Below, in pieces: positions 59,557 to 64,000 of a DNA stretch of 64,000 nucleotides. Location of the stretch: NCBI GenBank assembly GCA_913050015.1, contig CAJXAZ010000001.1:10912-74911 (forward strand), given 5' to 3'. Numbering within the stretch: position 1 is the stretch's first letter; the number at the start of each line of letters is the position of its first letter. The position numbers and the translations under genes are program-made. This stretch comes from an uncultured Gammaproteobacteria bacterium (GTDB lineage Bacteria > Pseudomonadota > Gammaproteobacteria > Magnimaribacterales > D2472). The notes under the pieces are model-generated. The model did not search any database, was not told the origin of the DNA, and worked only from the letters and a program-made list of their open reading frames with translations.

Positions 59557-61007
59557 TAGCTTATATCTCCATTTGGTGTCTTAAGATGCCAATCAGTGGA
59601 GCTTTGGAAGCTATGAGCAACTTGAAGAATTTTACTTTCCTCAAGAAAGTTCCCAATTAATTGCATGCCTAATGGTTTATTATCAACAATACCATTTGGA
59701 ACCGACATAGCAGGTAATCCCGCTAAATTTGCAGGGATTGTGAAAAGATCTTCTAAATACATTTGAATAGGATCACTTCCCATAGAGCCAGCTTTAAAAG
59801 CGGTCCCTCTGGTTGTTGGTGACATAATTACATCGACTTTCTCAAAAGCTGAGACAAAATCATTTTTAATAAGTCTTCTTACTTGCTGAGCTTTTTTATA
59901 ATATGCATCATAAAAACCAGCGGATAGAACGTATGAGCCAATCAAAATTCTTCTTTTTACTTCATCTCCAAAACCTTCAGATCTACTTCGGACATATAAA
60001 TCTTCTAGATCTTTAGGGTTTTCACACCTTCTTCCAAACTTTACTCCATCAAATCTAGATAGATTGGAAGAGCATTCAGCTGGAGCAACAACATAGTATG
60101 TTGGAACAGAAAGGGAGATATTTGGAAGAGATATTTCAATAAACTCAGCTCCTAGAGATTCATAATGCCTCTTGGATTCCTCAAAAACTTTTACAACGTC
60201 ATTATCTAATTTTGATAAATCAAACTCTTTTACAAGCCCAATTTTCATTCCTTTTATAGATGAGTTTAAGTTTTGCGTAAAATCTGGGACATTCTCATCT
60301 AGCGATGTCGTATCTTTGGGATCATGAGAGCACATTTCATTTAACATGAGCGCACAGTCTTCTGCTGTTCTGGCCATAGGCCCTGCTTGATCTAGGCTCG
60401 AGGCAAATGCGATCATACCCCATCTTGAGATTCTTCCATATGTTGGTTTTAAACCAGTAATACCGCATAGAGATGCTGGCTGTCTAATTGATCCACCTGT
60501 GTCAGTTCCAGTTGCTCCCGCAACTATTCCTGCAGCAACTGCAGACGCAGAGCCCCCTGAACTTCCCCCAGGAACTAATCCCTCACCCCATGGATTCTCA
60601 ACATTGCCAAAAAAACTTGTTTCATTCGATGACCCCATTGCAAACTCATCCATATTTGTTTTACCAATAGAGATGCAACCTGCACTTTCTAAATTTTCAA
60701 TTACGGTTGCAGAATATGGTGGTATGAAGCTTGATAGCATATTAGAACCACATGTAGTTCTGAGGTCCTTAGTACAAAAAAGATCTTTTTGAGCGATAGG
60801 AATACCAGATAGAGCAAGGTTTGAAGGATTGTTATCAAGGTTTTCCGCTTTCTTTAAAGACTCTTCTTTATTTAAAGTAACAAAAGCATTTAGATGCTTA
60901 TTACTTTCAATTAATGTAAATGTATCTTCAACCATCTCTTTGTTTGAAATTTCTTTCTTTTGGAGCATATTTTTAAGCTCCTTTATTGTCTTAAACTGAA
61001 TACTCAT
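59556..61007 (-). CDS. gatA: Asp/Glu-tRNA amidotransferase subunit A
   Basis: Amidase signature [14 protein letters not shown]...[13 protein letters not shown]. Length 483 aa. TAATG junction with gatB. Confidence 0.96.
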   Translation of the reverse strand: MSIQFKTIKELKNMLQKKEISNKEMVEDTFTLIESNKHLNAFVTLNKEESLKKAENLDNNPSNLALSGIPIAQKDLFCTKDLRTTCGSNMLSSFIPPYSATVIENLESAGCISIGKTNMDEFAMGSSNETSFFGNVENPWGEGLVPGGSSGGSASAVAAGIVAGATGTDTGGSIRQPASLCGITGLKPTYGRISRWGMIAFASSLDQAGPMARTAEDCALMLNEMCSHDPKDTTSLDENVPDFTQNLNSSIKGMKIGLVKEFDLSKLDNDVVKVFEESKRHYESLGAEFIEISLPNISLSVPTYYVVAPAECSSNLSRFDGVKFGRRCENPKDLEDLYVRSRSEGFGDEVKRRILIGSYVLSAGFYDAYYKKAQQVRRLIKNDFVSAFEKVDVIMSPTTRGTAFKAGSMGSDPIQMYLEDLFTIPANLAGLPAMSVPNGIVDNKPLGMQLIGNFLEESKILQVAHSFQSSTDWHLKTPNGDIS

Positions 61008-61285
61008 TCAACCACCCTTGGGACCAGAATATAATCTTCGTTTGATGATGGTGCATTTTTTATGAAAGCTTCTTTTCTATTCTCAGCAGTCACTTTATCA
61101 GGTCTTGTCCTAGCTGTTTTCTCTAAAGGGCTCGTCAAAGGCTCAATATTTGATGTTTCGGCATCATTTAATTGATCTACAAATTTAATAATATTATTCA
61201 GGTCGTTTGTAATTTTTTCCTCATTTTTTTCATCAAAGGAGAGTCTTGATAGGTGCGCAATAGTTCTAACTGTTTTCTTGTCCAT
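61004..61285 (-). CDS. gatC: Asp/Glu-tRNA amidotransferase subunit C
   Basis: 93 aa. Contains [14 protein letters not shown] and RPDKV. Upstream of gatA with a 4-nt overlap. Confidence 0.92.
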   Translation of the reverse strand: MDKKTVRTIAHLSRLSFDEKNEEKITNDLNNIIKFVDQLNDAETSNIEPLTSPLEKTARTRPDKVTAENRKEAFIKNAPSSNEDYILVPRVVE

Positions 61286-61371
61286 ATATAGGATATTATT
61301 ATAATTAGTTGGCAGATATTAACCTAACTAGAGTATTATTTACATATATTTTAAGTAATTAAAGGAATCAC

Positions 61372-62421
61372 GTGGAATTCAATATTTTTAAAACATTTAG
61401 AGGCTACTTTTCTAATGATCTTTCTATAGATTTAGGAACAGCAAACACTCTTATCTACTCTAAAGATGTAGGAATTGTTCTTGATGAGCCATCTGTTGTC
61501 GCAATTAGGGAATCTAGAGGTCAAAAAACAGTTGTGGCCGTAGGAACTGAGGCAAAAAAAATGCTTGGAAGAACTCCCGGAAATATAAAAGCGATTAGAC
61601 CCTTATCAGAAGGTGTTATAGCGGATTTCCAGGTAACAGAAAAAATGTTACAACACTTTATAGCTCAAGTTCACGAGCAAAGATGGATTAAACCAAGCCC
61701 AAGAGTTTTGGTTTGTGTTCCTTGTAGATCAACTCAGGTTGAGAGAAGGGCAATAAGAGAATCTGTTTTAGGTGCAGGTGCTCGAGACGTTAAGTTAATA
61801 GAAGAGCCAATGGCAGCTGCTATTGGAGCTGGGCTTCCTGTGGAAGAAGCAAGTGGAAATATGGTGGTTGATATCGGAGGAGGCACATCAGAAATTGCTA
61901 TCCTTTCTCTAAATGGAGTTGTTTATTCAGAGTCAGTAAAGATTGGCGGAGATAAAATGGATGAATCTATTACTTCATGGATAAGAAGAAATTATGGATG
62001 TGTGATTGGAGAATCTACTGCTGAAAAAATTAAATATACTATTGGTTGCGCTACGGCAGAATCAGAAAAGCTAGAAATGTCTATTACAGGTAGAAACTTA
62101 GCTGAAGGAATACCAGAGACATTCACTATTAATAGTGATCAGATTTTTGAATCTATGAAAGATCCTTTATATGGGATAGTAAGAGCAATTAGGAATGCTT
62201 TGGAATTATCACCTCCTGAGTTAGCTGCTGATATAGCAGAACGAGGAATTGTTCTGACCGGCGGCGGCGCTCTAATGAGAGACCTAGATAAGCTTATTTC
62301 AGGTTCAACAGGTATTCCCGTAATAGTTGCAGAAGATCCTTTAACATGCGTTGCAAGAGGTGGCGGCCAAGCTCTTGAGATAATGGATAAATATAATATC
62401 GATCTCCTTTCTGCAGAATAG
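61372..62421 (+). CDS. mreB: Rod shape-determining protein MreB
   Basis: GTG start after [23 protein letters not shown] is collinear with E. coli MreB, and actin-fold phosphate loops are present. Length 349 aa. Confidence 0.96.
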   Translation: MEFNIFKTFRGYFSNDLSIDLGTANTLIYSKDVGIVLDEPSVVAIRESRGQKTVVAVGTEAKKMLGRTPGNIKAIRPLSEGVIADFQVTEKMLQHFIAQVHEQRWIKPSPRVLVCVPCRSTQVERRAIRESVLGAGARDVKLIEEPMAAAIGAGLPVEEASGNMVVDIGGGTSEIAILSLNGVVYSESVKIGGDKMDESITSWIRRNYGCVIGESTAEKIKYTIGCATAESEKLEMSITGRNLAEGIPETFTINSDQIFESMKDPLYGIVRAIRNALELSPPELAADIAERGIVLTGGGALMRDLDKLISGSTGIPVIVAEDPLTCVARGGGQALEIMDKYNIDLLSAE

Positions 62422-62426
62422 TTGAT

Positions 62427-63257
62427 ATGGCCAGAGTAGCGCCTAATTCTGGTTCGAAGGCAATATATCTTTTATGTATTTTAGCTGGAGCCATTCTTTT
62501 ATACCTAGATATTGCTTACAAAAGTTTTGATAGCATTAAAAATACTTATATATCGACCACAATATCTTCGACATACCTTTTAAAAAAAATTACAGTTGAT
62601 CCATTTATTTATTTATATGATCTATCTTCATCTAAATCCCATCTTGTAAATGAAAATAAAAATCTTCAAGCAGCTCTTGATAAGAGTTATTTAGAGAATT
62701 TCATAGTCTCAAGGGGTGATAAATTCTTTATGGATGATGAGGCAATAACGGCCTTGATGAGTAAATATGAAATTGATGAAGTTTTTCATGCATCAAAAAT
62801 AAAGTTTTTTGATACTACTAAATACTTTTGTTGTGATACTCATATTATGTACATCGAAGTAATATCATCTTCAGGTATAGATTTTACAGGAAGTGCCGTA
62901 ATAAATAGCGAAGGAATTATTGGCCAAGTTATTTCTGATAATGGCGTAAAAGAAGTACTTCTTTTAACAGATACATCTCATTACATTCCCCTTGAGACAG
63001 AGGGATATTTCTGTAATGCAAAAGGGAGTGGCAAGCCTGGTATTATCTCTTGTAGATATAGCTCATTAATTTGGACTAATCCAGTATCGAATGGACAAAA
63101 GCTTTATTCATCAGGACTCGGAGGAATTTATCCCAGGGGTATTCTAATAGGGTATGTTCAAGAAATTACAAACATCGATGAGACAGATATTAAAATTGAT
63201 ATCAGCTTAATAACAGACCCTTTAAAAAATAGCATGCTAGGGATAATTGAAAACTAA
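62427..63257 (+). CDS. mreC: Rod shape-determining protein MreC
   Basis: N-terminal TM segment, a coiled-coil (NENKNLQAALD), and a C-terminal beta domain with GIIGQV and GGIYPRGILIGYV. Length 276 aa. Confidence 0.88.
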   Translation: MARVAPNSGSKAIYLLCILAGAILLYLDIAYKSFDSIKNTYISTTISSTYLLKKITVDPFIYLYDLSSSKSHLVNENKNLQAALDKSYLENFIVSRGDKFFMDDEAITALMSKYEIDEVFHASKIKFFDTTKYFCCDTHIMYIEVISSSGIDFTGSAVINSEGIIGQVISDNGVKEVLLLTDTSHYIPLETEGYFCNAKGSGKPGIISCRYSSLIWTNPVSNGQKLYSSGLGGIYPRGILIGYVQEITNIDETDIKIDISLITDPLKNSMLGIIEN

Positions 63258-63745
63258 TGAAAGCACCTGGAATTTTAAAAACAATGCTTATTTTATTTTT
63301 AGCAAATTATTTAGAATCAATTATAGCCCCTACTTTGATTAAAATTTATGTAGCTGTACCTCTAACATTTATAGTTTTTAGTGCCTTGACCTACAGGTTC
63401 TCTCAGAATGTAAATCCGCTTTATGCCTTCAGTCTCGGCTTATTTATAGATCTAATATCAAATTCCTTATTTGGCTTAAATGCAATACTATTTTGCCTAG
63501 TTTCCTATGTAATAAATAGCTATGCAAATACCTTTAAATTGTTCTCATATTTACAAGTCTGCATTTTCTTTGGAGCTGCATCTGTATTTTTTATTGGATT
63601 GAGTAATTTATTTTTAGCAATTGAAAATTTCTCTTACATTGTTCTGTTTATAAGTTTCTTTTTTAATACTTGTTTATGCTTGCTTGTAGCTGTTAGTCCT
63701 GTGAATCGTCTCTCTATGGATAAAAGACTTTCGCAATATGACTAG
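63257..63745 (+). CDS. mreD: Rod shape-determining protein MreD
   Basis: 162 aa polytopic membrane protein in the conserved position after mreC. Confidence 0.8.
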   Translation: MKAPGILKTMLILFLANYLESIIAPTLIKIYVAVPLTFIVFSALTYRFSQNVNPLYAFSLGLFIDLISNSLFGLNAILFCLVSYVINSYANTFKLFSYLQVCIFFGAASVFFIGLSNLFLAIENFSYIVLFISFFFNTCLCLLVAVSPVNRLSMDKRLSQYD

Positions 63746-64000
63746 CCTAAAAAAAATATCTTTGTTCTTATTTCTCTTCGTATTTTTTTTACTTTCTTTG
63801 GTTGTAGGTTCCTATAGTTTTTTAGTATATAAACCTCTCCAAGCAATTCTTTTGCTTGATAAAACACTACTTTACAATTACTCAATAGACATCAAATCAA
63901 TTGAATCTAACCAAAGCTTTTTTGATCCTCAATTCACCTCCAACGATATAAAGATTTCTGATAAAAACCTTGAAGAAATTATACTTATTCCAAATATTGT
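63738..64000 (+). CDS. N-terminally membrane-anchored protein, partial (3' end outside the window); possibly a YhdP/AsmA-like envelope protein
   Basis: The ATG at 63738 overlaps the mreD stop (ATGACTAG). The frame stays open to the window end (MTSLKKISLFLFLFVFFLLSLVVGSYSFLVYKPLQ...). It is not in the supplied track because it runs off the edge. The family guess rests on position and the N-terminal anchor only. Confidence 0.45.
   Translation, partial: MTSLKKISLFLFLFVFFLLSLVVGSYSFLVYKPLQAILLLDKTLLYNYSIDIKSIESNQSFFDPQFTSNDIKISDKNLEEIILIPNI

Overview
This window is an AT-rich, very tightly packed core-genome segment with clear gammaproteobacterial synteny. Assigning it to a streamlined marine lineage such as a SAR86-like clade is inference from composition and compaction only. 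I annotate about 60 protein genes and 4 tRNAs. There is no rRNA, CRISPR array, transposase, integrase or recognisable defence or secretion cluster.

The conserved blocks are:
- lpxA-lpxB-rnhB-dnaE-accA-tilS
- leuA, divergent from holD-rimI
- pepA and valS, divergent from lptF-lptG
- dapE, dapD, glnD and map on the minus strand
- carAB-greA-rlmE-ftsH-glmM-tpiA-secG, then tRNA-Leu and tRNA-fMet, then rimP-nusA-infB-rbfA-truB-rpsO-pnp
- lolB-ispE-tRNA-Gln-prs-rplY-pth-ychF-tRNA-Met on the minus strand, divergent from hemA-prfA-prmC
- gatCAB, divergent from mreBCD

Summing the gaps between my calls gives only about 1.5 kb of 64 kb intergenic, and about 20 gene pairs overlap. TTG and GTG starts are frequent (lpxB, rnhB, tilS, the elaA-like gene, infB, pnp, prmC, mreB).

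I find no convincing novel multi-gene system. The items most worth a second look are:
1. A tandem pair of unclassifiable paralogous two-helix small membrane proteins in the pnp/tRNA-Met gap, the first with its own strong terminator.
2. A minimal GH84 (O-GlcNAcase-like) enzyme with no signal peptide, appended to hemA-prfA-prmC and convergent with a nitroreductase-SelO operon.
3. A ValRS that stops right after the anticodon-binding core, about 200 aa short.
4. Structural oddities of compaction: the ispE stop codon lies inside tRNA-Gln, lolB and hemA overlap by 23 bp at their 5' ends, holC is missing from the pepA-valS junction although a holD-like gene is present, and the leuU-like tRNA is inverted.

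All function calls rest on motifs and synteny read by eye. No database search was possible.
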